A stretch of 64,000 nucleotides of DNA from Zootoca vivipara (taxonomy: Eukaryota). Shown piece after piece: positions 52,229 to 64,000 of this stretch. Under the pieces are notes generated by a model. That model saw nothing but the letters and a program-made list of their open reading frames with translations. It searched no databases and had not been told where the DNA came from. The stretch spans positions 41,974,001 through 42,038,000 of the forward strand of contig NC_083280.1 in assembly GCF_963506605.1 (NCBI RefSeq). Reading direction: 5' to 3'. Both the position numbers and the translations under genes were made by a program. Each line of letters starts with the position of its first letter. Positions within the stretch are counted from its first letter, which is position 1.

Positions 52229-55200
52229 ATGGAGCTCGGGGCGGGCCGCGCGGCTGGGCCCGGGCAGCGCGGTGGGGCAGAGCCGGGCCGCCAGCTCCTC
52301 CTGCTGCTGGGCGGGGGCGACGGTGGAGGGTCGGGTTGGGCGTGGCCCTCGGGGGGTGGCGGGGAGGGTGGGACTGGAACGGACACGGAGGCCGGCCCGG
52401 AGCCGGAGTACGAGGCCCTCCCGCGGGGCTCCGCCGCCTCCACCCACATGCTCGCAGGGGCTGTGGCGGGGGTGCTGGAGCACAGCCTCATGTACCCAGT
52501 GGACTGTGTCAAGGTGAGAACGGGCGCCGAGCTGCTCTCGCGCCTCCGGGAGCAGGGCGGGTGCTGGCGGGAATCGAGGGGCGGGGATCTGAGACGAGAC
52601 GCGGGAGTCACTGGGCAGGACCTGAGAGCGGTTAACCGGTACACGATCTTCATTAGTGTTGCACTTTAATCCGCATCACCGGACGGTCCGACTCGATCCG
52701 AATTTAGCAAAAAGGGGGGGAACAGTTGACAGAAAGGCGAAGGAGGTGTACCCCCGATGAATGTGATGGAGCTAACGACTTTGGGGAGGGATGGATCAAA
52801 CACGTTCTTGGCTCTTTTGCTGGCTAATGGCAGAAGTGCCAACGAACGATCACTTGACAGGAGAGTTATGTGTTGCCACCAGTAGTTGACAAGAAGCAAG
52901 GTCGGTTTCCTTGATCACGTTTCAGGCCTTCACTTTTGCTGCCAAAGCGACCGACCTGGTTCCGGAAATATTTGGTCTCAGTCATGGGTCTGGGAGGAAG
53001 GGATAAGGTGTGTGTGTGGGGGGGGTTACACATGGTAGAGCCTGGCAGGCGGGAAGGCCCCCTGGTGATCTGCAGACACCTGCAAAGGTCGCCTGTGAGC
53101 ACCCATTTGTATGCAGCCACCAAATGCAGCTGAATGTCTCTGAAAGGAAGGAGTGTCTTGGGTTGGGAGAGCTGGGTGTGGAGTGGAGCACTTACTAGGC
53201 TAAGTCTCTTGGCATATCTAACCTGCTCCCCTCCCTGCGCTGGCAGACAAGGATGCAGAGCCTGCAACCGGAACCTGCTGCTCGCTACCGGAATGTGCTG
53301 GAGGCCCTGTGGCGGATCGTGCGGACTGAAGGGATCTGGCGACCCATGCGTGGATTGAACATCACAGCCACAGGGGCAGGCCCTGCTCATGCCTTGTATT
53401 TCGCCTGCTATGAAAAGTTGAAAAAGACACTTACCGACATTATCCATGCTGGGGGCAATAGTCACGTGGCCAACGGTATTGTCCCTTCTTGCCTCCTTGC
53501 CCCACCCTGAGGGTTCCTATGTTCCCAGCTAGGACTGTTAGTGAAATGAAGAACTGGATGCCTGGTTCTTTCTTACTGCTCTTATATTTAACTTTTGAAT
53601 CCTGTTTACTATTGACATTCTTCCCTAATGTTGTGTTCTGCTTCACTCCAAGCATTATCTAACTCTGATAATTAGGAATGTAGGATTTGCCATTGACTTT
53701 TGAAAGGAATTTGTGAATGAGAAGGGATTGTGGGAACAAGATGGGACTGACAGCTGCAGTTTCCATCTGAGCAGACAGAAACTTTTTTTATTGTGAAGAT
53801 AGTTTGAAATATTATAGAGAAATGGGTGTGTTGCTGTTTGTATTTCATTTTGACTTTATATAATGCTCTTTCTTTGAAGCAGCTGTCCCAGATATGTCCA
53901 TGTTTGTATCTGCTCTTACATTTGTCCTTTTAGCATCCTCATTTTTGAGTGGGGAGAACCCCAAGCTTGTTGTAACGTGTTGTAGAGTCTGGTCTGCTTA
54001 CATATACTTTTTCACACTAGCATGCTTCTGAGGCTCCTTCATCTTTGATAGTCTGGACAGATAATAGGAAGACCTAATTAGCTGGAGATCCTAGAATTTT
54101 GGAACTAACTCGTCTGACTCTGAAGCTTGTTGGATGTGTTAGCAGGACGGTGGCAGGATCCTAAATAGCTGCAAGACGATCTTGGCTCTTCATTGCTCTA
54201 GGAATTAAAGATGATAGATAACTTACAGTGCAATCCTAACCATGTTTACTCAGAAGTAAGTCCTATTTAGTTCAGTGGGACTTACTCCCAGGTAAGTGGA
54301 GTTAGGATTGCAGTCTTAAGTCTTCTGATTCCCCATCCCCCACCCCATTCCTTCCAATGTGGGTTGAGATTAATATGATAAATATTGCCTGCACTGGAGC
54401 CTTGAATATTTCTGATGTTCCCTTTCTGAAAACTAATGCTAACTTCTCAGTGAACTTTCATTCTCTCTTGGGGAGGGGGGGGGCGTTCCTATTTGCTCAC
54501 ATACACTCCTCCGGTGCACATTCTGAGAGCTCCATAGGACAATGGCAGGTCTTCTTCCCACTTTTCACATGTAATAGTCCTTGTTTTGCAGGCGCAGCAG
54601 GCTGTGTGGCAACATTGCTTCATGATGCAGCCATGAACCCAGCAGAAGGTAATGTTGCTTCCCAGCAGTCCTGCAACTTTCATGCGGCTTGTGCTGCTCC
54701 ATTCTTGTCACCAGGGGGTGCTTTCATGTTGCTTGTGATACAGTTCAGACATGGAGCCTTACCTGCGACAAGGGTCTTTGGATGTAGTGGGTGGGTGGTG
54801 GACAAGACTTTGGCTGAAGCAAAGAAGGTATTTGTGTGTCTGCCCTTGCTCTTGGTGTTGATAAATGACATAAAAACAATATTGCAACTTGTCTTTCATA
54901 TTTGTGTTCCCTACATTGTGTAGGCAAAATCAGATCTCATTTCAGTAAACCCCATTTTTTACTTGATGTCTCACAATTCCAGAATTGGGGCATTACTGTT
55001 TTTTCATGAGTTGTGGAGTTCTGCAGGATTTGCTGGGTGGGTAGATAGATCACACTGAGGCAAGTTTGAGGGACGCAGCGGCTCCTGAATCTATTAAAAG
55101 TGTTTACATAGTATGCACACTGTTCAGATCACTGCACTTAACTTATTTTTTCTTTGCTCTTCCCTGCCCTTCTCTCGTCTCCATGGCTGGGCTGCTACTG

Positions 55201-55733
55201 TCATCTTGTGATCAGTGGTAAAACAGAGAATGCAGATGTACAACTCTCCATACCAGCGAGCAACAGACTGTGTACGTGCTGTATGGTGCAATGAAGGGGC
55301 AGGAGCTTTCTACCGAAGCTACACCACTCAGCTGACTATGAACATCCCCTTCCAGGCCATCCACTTCATGGCATATGAATCTTTGCAGGAACACCTCAAT
55401 CCTCACAGACAGTACAACCCTAGTTCCCATATGGTGGCAGGGGCTTGTGCAGGGGCCATTGCTGCTGCTGCCACCACCCCGTTGGACGTTTGCAAGACAC
55501 TGCTGAATACCCAGGAGGCCCTGGCACTGAATACCAACATCAGTGGGCACATTACAGGCATGGCTCATGCATTCAGGACGGTGTACCGCGTGGGTGGGCT
55601 GACTGCCTATTTTCGAGGGGTACAGGCACGTGTCATTTACCAGATGCCCTCCACAGCCATTGCCTGGTCTGTGTATGAGTTCTTCAAATACTTCCTTACC
55701 AAGCGAAAGGAGGAGCGATTGGCCGGGAAGTGA
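52229..55733 (+). CDS. SLC25A28: Mitoferrin-2, 4 exons, about 362 aa
   Basis: Exons 52229-52513, 53247-53475, 54592-54648 and 55216-55733; the 1089 nt are in frame. Carrier motifs YPVDCVKTRMQ, NPAEVVKQRMQ and [17 protein letters not shown] at 56148-56153. Confidence 0.96.
54224..54319. mobile_element. Short palindromic MITE-like repeat (related copies at about 31400-31490 and 63605-63700)
   Basis: TGCAATCCTAAC...GTTAGGATTGCA inverted ends with an internal GTAAGTCC/GGACTTAC palindrome. Confidence 0.6.
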
Positions 55734-56267
55734 AATGTGACTCCACCCGCTGGATTGGCTGGTGCCGGACTCAGATGACAAGCAAGCCTTTGGAATAACA
55801 ATGCCGCCTCTTGCCTGCTGCTGCATTTTGCACAGCCCATCATCCTTCTCCCAAATGGATAGTACACAATGAGCAGCAGCTTGGCCTGCCCTTTTCTAGC
55901 CTGTCACCTAACATGCATCTCCCTTGCCCCAAAAGTTGTATTCCCTTAAAAGAGGTGGAGACTACCATGAGCTACCGTGAGCACATTGGAACTTGGGGTG
56001 GTGACCTGCATACCCTGACTGGGTTGCTGTTACGACTGCGTGGTGATGGAGGCAGGGGAAGTGTTAGCTGAGCTGTTGTCTAGTAGCACACACATAAACC
56101 TCATGCTCTCTGGGAAGGCTTTGATTGTTGTGGCCCTTGGCACCTCCAATAAAGTCTGCTTTATCGTCACAGCCCTTGTTTGCTCTTATCTCTTGCTCTC
56201 TTTTTAGCAGCTCTATAGGGCTTTGTTACAGGTAAGTTGGATCAACTTATAGCAGGACGGTCTAAAT

Positions 56268-56403
56268 CAGGTATCCCCAAACTGCGGCCCTCCAGATGTT
56301 TTGGCCTACATCTCCCATGATCCCTAGCTAAGAGGACCAGTGGTCAGGGATGATGGGAATTGTAGTCCAAAACATCTGGAGGGGCGAAGTTTGGGGATGC
56401 CTG
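56268..56403. mobile_element. hAT MITE (same family as 33735-33872)
   Basis: TIRs CAGGTATCCCCAAACT / AGTTTGGGGATGCCTG; 8-bp TSD GTCTAAAT. Confidence 0.92.
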
Positions 56404-58096
56404 GTCTAAATTGTTTCCTCTTGTTGTGGTAGGTGGGAGAGTAGAAGTGAGATTAGTATCATATAATGCCGCATCTTGTATGACTAATATTGATCCATGA
56501 AGAACCAGCTTTCAATTGACATTAAACAGTATTTGGAGAGCATTTATGTTCTTACAGGATACCAGCACCAGGCAACTGACAGCTTTAGGTGATTCTTGTT
56601 CCTCCCATATATATTTCAGCGGTATTCTTACCTACCAGCATAGCTCAAACACACATTCTTATTAGTAGCAGGGGAAAAGATGCAGTGTCTGCCTCAGTCA
56701 GGTGTTTGTTCAACTGGCTTGCAGTGTGCTCCAGTAATATATATACTATGATGGAAAATACACAGGTGCATGTGTGCACATATGTAAAAAAAATAGTTCT
56801 TGTTCCTATTATCCTCTGTCACACCAGATAGAGTAGTAATATGAAAGAGTAGAGCCAGGCTGTAGTTTGAGAACAGGCAGACGGGTGATATTGGGGAACA
56901 CCATTTATCCATCTGCATTCATTCTCTGCTTGCCTTGTCCTATGATGTTGGCCCCTCCTTTGAGTCTTGTCCACGGAAAGGTCCATGTTGCAGAAACTCC
57001 AAAAGTATGGCACTTATGTTCCAGGTAACTTTTTACTTGGAATGGCCAACAAGGTGACTGTCAATGGGCTTCATCTTGCTTCTTGGGGGGGGGGGGGGAG
57101 AGTGTGGCCATCTTTCCTCCTACTCTTGATCCCAAGATTTGGAATGTGTAATTTAGGAAGAGGAAGAATACACAAATGAGGCGAATATAAACCTCTGACT
57201 GAGCCAGTGTCTTACTGAACAGCCTGTCTGCTTCCTATGTGTGCCTTTTGCAGCAAGGAAAGTGAAACCTCAAAACAATACATCTGTCCTCACTGGCTTA
57301 TGATGGATGTAGCCAAATTTTAGATTTCCAAATGCATACTTTCTGTTGCATTAGGATTATGTGAGGGATGGAGAGAGAACTGATGTTTTAGAGCTTTGAA
57401 TTTGAACCAAAAGGGCAAATAGATCTTATGTTCAAAATGCCTGTTCATACATGGTTTTGCTAGCTGTGCTTCTTGCTGACTTGACCTGTCTTGGAAGGGT
57501 AGACTTCGACAGGAAATTCTTCCTGGGAAAGAAAAGTTGACAAGGCGGCTCACCTGTTGCAGCAATGCAGAGGAGAGCCTGGTGCTCCCTGACTGGCATT
57601 TCCCCTCAATCTTTGAGGTGGTGTAAACATTAATTTTGAGAAAATTTTCTCTGTGGCCCAGTTCACATGTAATCCGAACCATGAATAAACAAGAATGCAT
57701 AACATGCAGGTACAGGTGGGAAATCCTGCTGCCACACCCCTGAAACTAAACCATGGTTTGACTTACTGTTCTATCCAAGCCTGGTCTTCTGGCTTGTCTT
57801 CTGCAAGCAAACCACAATTGGTAAGCCAAGATCAACCCCTAGTTGCAGCTTGTGCATTGTCAGGAGCAAGACAAACCATGAACCTCAGTATGGACATAAT
57901 GCTAAGTCAAGCCATGGCTTAGATCTGGGTAGCGGGGCAACAGGAAAAACACAGAGTACCTGCACACTAGTGGAATTCCTGGTGTGTGGCTTTTGCTAAT
58001 TCTTTCAGGAAAACTATGGATGTGGCTTGGAATTTGTACATAATTTCTAAAAGTTATCAATCCCTCTTCCTGCAGCAGTGACTTAACAGGCAGAAA

Positions 58097-58205
58097 CAGG
58101 AGCCAACTCTCCCCCGCCCCCAGTTAATGGGCATTGCCATTCAAATGGTGTGTGTGCGCATTGTGTCATGTGATCGATAGTATTTTATTCAGGTTGGCAC
58201 CCCTG
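58097..58205. mobile_element. hAT MITE
   Basis: CAGGAGCCAAC...GTTGGCACCCCTG; 8-bp TSD GGCAGAAA. Confidence 0.75.
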
Positions 58206-58354
58206 GGCAGAAATTTGGCTGGCAATGGGAGTCTCCCCCTCCCCCTTTTCCAGGGACTAAGGTAAATGGTGGGAAGGACTTTACCTGCTTAATTACTGAC
58301 AGGCTGCTGCAAAAGACAGAAGAGTCCTGTCCAACAACGTTTTAGGGGGTAGAA

Positions 58355-58420
58355 GCATAGAATCATAGAGTAGAGTTGGAAGGGATCCCGAGTGTCATCT
58401 AGTCGAACCCCCTGCAATGC
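58355..58420 (-). mobile_element. CR1 LINE 3'-terminal fragment
   Basis: (CATAGAAT)-type tail followed by GAGTTGGAAGGGA...CATCTAGTC, the typical reverse-complement CR1 3' end. Confidence 0.6.
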
Positions 58421-59398
58421 AAGAATCTCACCCACAGCTGTTCCTGGGTTGGCTGGAACCACCAACTTCTGGTTAATAGCCAGATGCACTGATCAATTGT
58501 ATCACAGAGGTTTAAAGTCTGGGCATAGGGATGTGTGTCATTTGCCAACTGCCTCACAGCACACTCAGACTGTGATTCAGGCTTATGGGAGTGGCAACTG
58601 CCTCTTTTCCCATCACCCCAACTTCCTCAGGATCGCCAAGACCTAAAGAAAGGAAGCAAAGCGACTCCTACAGTAACTCACCACCAACTGAGTGATAAAT
58701 AGATCCCTAAAAGTTTTTCCCCTGGTGGGCAGCAAATGCAATCTCTTTTTACCCATTGGACTTTTTACCTCAGGATCCCTTCCAACTCTGTGATTATATG
58801 ACACACACACACACCCCAGCCCCTTCATTCCTTCAGTTAATATTGTGGGCAGCATTAAGCAAACTGCTGGTACAGTATCCGGGAGGTCTATTTGGATGCG
58901 CCCCCTGGTGGTTTATTCCTTGTTCACCAAACTTACTACTTTTTTCATTCTGTCTAATTCAGTGGCGGGCGGCTGGTGGTGCCCATCTGCAACAGGCAAG
59001 GAAGAAAGCAGGAAGCCGACAGTAGACAGAACCGAAGCCCCCCCAAAAAACCCTGTACTGTAGTTTTGTTCTCATCAGGCAGTGCTACGCTCTGGACCGG
59101 TTACAAGTGTGGAGGCAGCGCCCCATTGACCCTTAATGGAGCCGCCTCCCCTGTCTAACCTGACACCTTCGGCGCTAGGCTCTTGTTCCAGACTATTTTA
59201 ACACGCCAAGGGCTCACCTCCGGCGGCTGCCGTTTATTCGGGGACGGGGCTCCTCTCACAGTCCCCGGGCTACAATCCGCAGGGTCTCTTGAGGGGCAAG
59301 CCGCCACAGCTCGCGCAGGTTCGAATCAGCTCCCCTTTGCTCAGCAGTTGCGTCCAGCCTTTCTAAGCAGTATAAATCTCTTCGCGGCCATTCATGTG

Positions 59399-59583
59399 CA
59401 TAGAAGCCAACTCCTAGGGGCCGAGGGGGGTCTTCGCCCCCCATAAAATATTTGAAGAGGCTCTCTCCCCCAATGGATGGGTATTACTATTCAAATGTGT
59501 GCGTGCACCACATCATGTGATCGCTTATGCGGGTGGGGCTTACTCCCCCCTCCCCAAATACTTTATTCAATGTGGCACCCCTG
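59399..59583. mobile_element. hAT MITE (related to 58097-58205)
   Basis: Shared AGCCAACTC...ATTCAAAT..GTGTGCG..CA..TCATGTGATCG...GGCACCCCTG. TSD TTCATGTG/TTCACGTG (7/8). Confidence 0.7.
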
Positions 59584-61247
59584 TTCACGTGGGAAAAGAC
59601 AACCCTGCTTTGAAGCAAGGAATGGGCGGACACACACTTCCGACGTGCCGTGTTATCGCTGGTTTCCCAGCACAGGCAGACAGAGAGGGGATTTCCTCGG
59701 CGGTGCCTTTGGCGAAGGCTACCCCATCTATTCTCGCAGCAAGTGAGGTAAAGATAACTCGAGGGCATCCCGGTGGGGCGGGGCCAAAGCACAATTTATG
59801 GCGAGGCATCTTTCAAGCATGTGCAGAGTACTTCCCCCCCCCCCCAACTACTAAGTAACCCAGGCACATTTCTTCGCGTCAGGCAGCCTGAGTCACACAG
59901 CAGCTCTTTTCCTTTACGGGGGCGGGGGGGGGGATATACTGTACACTCTCTGCTTCTGCCACTTCCCAAGAGCCCCACTTCCCCACCTTCCTCGACCCTA
60001 CGGCACCCCTTCCCGCCGCAGACTCAGGGCGGGGGCGGATCCGACATTGAACTGCGCCTCCTAATCCCCCGCTCGCCCCCCGGTATAAAAAAGGGGAACA
60101 AAACCGCAGTTCCCCCGCCCTCCCGGGCGCAGCGGGGGAGGCAGCGCGGGCCGTCAATCTCGCCCTTTGTCCGTGGCCCCCCTCGGCCCGCCTTTTGTCC
60201 CCCAATCCAATAAGCGCCGCTTCTCGGCCCCTTCCAGGCGCTTCCTTTCAGAGCCGGCCCGGCCGCCACAATAGGCCTCTCCGCGCCGCGCGCTGCCCCA
60301 TTCAGCCCCTTGGCACCCTCTTCTCGCCCGGGACAAGGGGATTACAGCGGCCGGCTGGCCACCTATTAAAGGCCGGAGGGAAGGAGGAACCTCCGGCCGC
60401 GGGCAGGTACCCGGCCGCGCAGCTCGCCGTCTCGCGGCACCTCCATAGCGGCATCCAAATGATAGGGGAGCCGAGGCCACGGAGGCGCATGAGGCCTGGC
60501 GCCACAGGGAGGCGGAGGAGGGGAGTCGCCCCCGCCTCAGCACGACATTGGGCGGCCCTTCCAACGCCCATCGACGGGCTAACGGGCCTACCTTCTCCCT
60601 TCAAGAACCGGGAGCCTGCGGCCTACAGAGGTTGTAGGACTCCAACTCCCATCGTGCTCGAAGTTGATGGGAGTTGTAGTCCAGCCGCGTCTGGAGAGCC
60701 GCACGCTCCGCAGCCCTCGTGGCCTTCGAGCTTCTTGAAGCAGCTCAGGGTCCTGACAGGGCGGGTTTCCTTTGGGCTTGCCGACCCTCCGGAGGAACTG
60801 ACTCCCGATTAAGTTACTCCGGATTACAAACCCCCCCCCCCACACACACACACTTTTCGTGCCTCCAGGTTGCTGGAGGCGGCATGAATCTACCTCGGCT
60901 GGTGGGTTAGGATGAATAACTGTCCCACAGTTAGAAGATGCATGGATTTAAGGTGGACTCAGGGGAAAACGGGTGCCGTCTCAGGAAGAGAGGAGGAAGG
61001 AAGGAGAAGCTTCAGAGACAGCCGTTTATGATGGCAAAGCGGTTCTGTGGCTTCGACTTTTCCTGCAACACTTGCGCATTTTAGGTGCGCAGCGTGGTTA
61101 GTTTAAAACCTGCGCAACAGGAGAGGAACTCTACCTGGAAGGGACACTTATGCCAGAGGAGGAACCCAGACCTCGCACTCGCGCTCGCTCGCTCGACGGT
61201 CTCTCCCGCCCCGCCAGCGCGAAGCCTGCGATGGATATTGCACCTGG

Positions 61248-61253
61248 TTTATT
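61248..61253 (-). terminator. Probable NKX2-3 poly(A) signal
   Basis: AATAAA on the minus strand about 550 nt after the stop. Confidence 0.55.
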
Positions 61254-61799
61254 GGATCCTTTAACTTCCTTGCAGCGGTGGCTACATCGATACACTTTTA
61301 AGATACAATAACAACAACAACAACAAAAGGAGGGTGGCTCGCGGCGGCTTCCACCCCGGCTTTGGCTTTGTACAAGCGAAGCTGCATTCTGGCAGAGCAT
61401 GGCTTCCACCCGTTCCCGTTCCTGCTCGGCCTTGGCGCGGAGTCTCCAGCCCGTTCCCTAGGAGAGCTTTGGCTGCGGGCAGCTCCGCCGGGAGTGAGGG
61501 AAGAGAGTCCAAGGGGGAAGAGTGTCCAGCAGAGCCAGTGCCGCCGCGTGCAGGCGTGGCGATCGAGGCCGTTTAGCACCGGCTGGCTGTCGGCTGGCAA
61601 GGTGCTGAGGATGGAGGATGGAGCCGCGACCTGTGCTAGCGGCGCGCGGAGCACCTTCTTGCGTGGTCGGGTCTCCTCTTCGGGAGGAAGCGCCGCTTCT
61701 CCGGCTGCCCGCCTGCCTCGCCGGGCCCCAGCCAGCGACCGGGGACTGGGCTCGTGGCTCTGAACCGCGCTCGCTGCTCGATCTCTTCGTCTGCCGGGG

Positions 61800-62416
61800 C
61801 TACCAAGCTCGGATGCCCTGACTACAGGAAGGCCCCGCGGGACCCTGGTGCAGGGCCTGCGCGCCGCCCGCGAAGCCGCCCATGTTCATGTAGGGCCCCG
61901 CAGGCGGCTGCACCGACGGGCCCCCGCTGTTGGCCGCCGGGTAGCTGCAGCCGTAGCCGGCCCCGTAAGTAGCCGCGGGGGAACCGCCGTAGGCGTAGTT
62001 GGGGAAGCCATTATAAGGATAGGCGGCGGCGGCGTTGTAGGGCGCGCTGTAGGCCTGCGAGCCGCCCAGGCAGGGCTTGCCGTCCCTCACCAGCACGGGC
62101 ACGGCCACCCTACGCGGTGGAGGCGGAGGCTGCTGCGACGGCGGAGGCATCCCCGCCGTCGGGCCTCCCAAGTCCAGGGCCTTGTCCTGCCGCTGCCGCT
62201 TGCACTTGTAGCGTCGGTTCTGGAACCAGATCTTCACCTGCGTGGACGTGAGCTTGAGGCTGCTGGCCAGCAACTCGCGCTCGGGGGCCGACAGGTAGCG
62301 CTGCTGCTGGAAGCGCCGCTCCAGCTCGAAAACCTGCGCTTGCGAGAAGAGCACCCGAGGCTTCCTCCGGCCGCGCGCCTTGGGTCGCTCCGACGACTCC
62401 TCCGTGGGCTCCTTCC
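61800..62416 (-). CDS. NKX2-3: NK2 homeobox protein NKX2-3, exon 2 (exon 1 lies beyond the window)
   Basis: Acceptor at 62417-62418. Homeodomain 62190-62369 ([13 protein letters not shown]...[13 protein letters not shown], Tyr54), NK2-[17 protein letters not shown], Tyr-rich region and C-terminal GIRAW. The paralog assignment rests on synteny with SLC25A28/ENTPD7. Confidence 0.92.
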
Positions 62417-64000
62417 CTGCAGAAGGAAACAACAGAGAGATACTCGAGTCAAGAACCGGGGGACTGCGGGCTGCGCTCGCTCGCGATACAAGGAACCAGT
62501 ACAACACATTGACAGCCCCCATTATCACCTTGCAGAAACCTCATTTACTCGTAACTCGTTTCTCAAGCCAGATGAATAGATTATTTAAAGGGAGAGGAGA
62601 GAACACGTTGCGCAGGCACCAGGAAGGGCCGACATCTGTTTTCGTTTTCTTTTTTAATGCACCGAATGCCAGGTCACAACATAATTCCGTCGGTTTCTTA
62701 CAGGGCACTCCTAGGCAGGTTAACCCAGAAGTAAGTCCCGCTCTGTTCAATGGGCCTTACGCCCAGGTTAAGGGTGCATATCACCGCAGCCTTAAAGGGC
62801 ATAAAGACACAGCTGCAACAACAACCCCAAAACTCTTCTCCTGCAAAATAAGCCTGCAGCAGAAAAGCGCGCCTGTAATTCTATAGGCGGAGCACATTAG
62901 AAACACGGTTTGCAAAGTATTATTATTAGTAATAGTATTAATATTATTACATAGAAAGTTGAGCCTTCCGCAACGGAATATGGCCGCTGCTTCCCGGCCT
63001 TGAAAATGAAGGAGCAAGCGCCGCCTGGCATTCTGCAGATCAGCCAACTCGAGAAAAACTTGAGGGAGCGAAGTGTGTATTTTCCCCCTCTGTGCCACCA
63101 GGACTGCTTAAGGCAGCCCGAAGAAGCAAGGACTTGGGAAATGGATTTATGCCCATTTAGGAAGCAGACGGCAGTCTTTATGCTCCCCAAGATCCCGCAG
63201 TGCGAACACGATCTCCTCCCTTCCAGGGAGGGAGGGAGGCCAGGCCAGGCCCGTTACTGACTGACACCGCGCAAGCAAGAGCTTTGCTTGCAGCGCCTCG
63301 AACAAAACCTTGGCCCGAAGGATCCCCAAACTAGATCCTCTCGCGCTTTGACCATCCCTCGACCCACTCCACTCCATCTCACCCCGGGTGCTTTCCTCGA
63401 GGGGGCTTGGAGCCAGCGGCACCATCATTCCACCAAGGCGGCTCTCCTTGTTGCCAGACCACCAAGGCTGCGAGGCTGGGCCTCAGAGCGTTTCCTTGCC
63501 TCTGTTTTGGGATGTGGATGGCTCGGCGTGGCCAAACGAGTCGCCCCCTTTCTGCCCAAGTCTCCAGCTGAACCGAAGATGCTTCCTTGTAAGCCAGGTC
63601 CACAAGTAAGGGTCATTAGGATGCACTCCGAGGCAAACCTCCATTGGGGAAGCGGGACTAACTGAACTTTTACATCCGAGTCGAACAGGGCTGCAGTGTG
63701 ACCACCCAATCCGGTGCATTTTACCCAACGGCGTCCCGTTGTGTTCAGGGAGGCTTACGCTCAGAGACGCGTAGAGCGGACAGCAGCCTAAGCACGTTTA
63801 CTCGGAAGTAAGCCTTCAAAGTTCCACTTCGCTAAGCGACTTGGATTTGGAGGTGCCCAAGCACTTCTGAGCAGCGCTGAACCGTGCCGACGTGCTCCTG
63901 GAGACGCGGATGTCGCGTGTCCCACTTTCAGCACTTTCAGCATTTCACCCACTTCCCACCATTTGGCTGGAGAAACGGTGATTCCAAGCCACAGACGCGC

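Noticed and set aside
63820-63960. Cluster of CACTT cores as NK2 autoregulatory sites
   Set aside because: None matches the full CACTT(G/A)A consensus; could be chance.

Overview
Vertebrate genomic DNA, very likely from a lacertid lizard (Sauria SINEs, Squam3-like SINE, L2/CR1 LINEs and hAT MITEs typical of squamates). The window is syntenic to human 10q24. In order it holds ABCC2 exons 1-5 (-), CUTC (-), COX15 (+, head-to-head with CUTC), a truncated ERV plus a related solo LTR, a three-coding-exon ATP6V0E2-type gene (+) that the ORF track misses, ENTPD7 (-), SLC25A28 (+, head-to-head with ENTPD7) and NKX2-3 exon 2 (-). For the five complete genes, exon chains were assembled by hand with GT-AG boundaries and keep their reading frame. 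Two highlights stand out. First, the ATP6V0E2-type gene sits in the NKX2-3/SLC25A28/ENTPD7 block, where human has none; this may be its ancestral ohnolog position. Second, ENTPD7 carries a very young, intact 5.6-kb Ty1/copia retrotransposon with TG...TA termini, a half-tRNAiMet-type PBS and an internal poly(A) signal. Smaller findings include a fold-back element in ATP6V0E2 intron 1 and an L1 inserted next to an ABCC2 splice acceptor. Comparisons to human sequences are from recall, not database searches.
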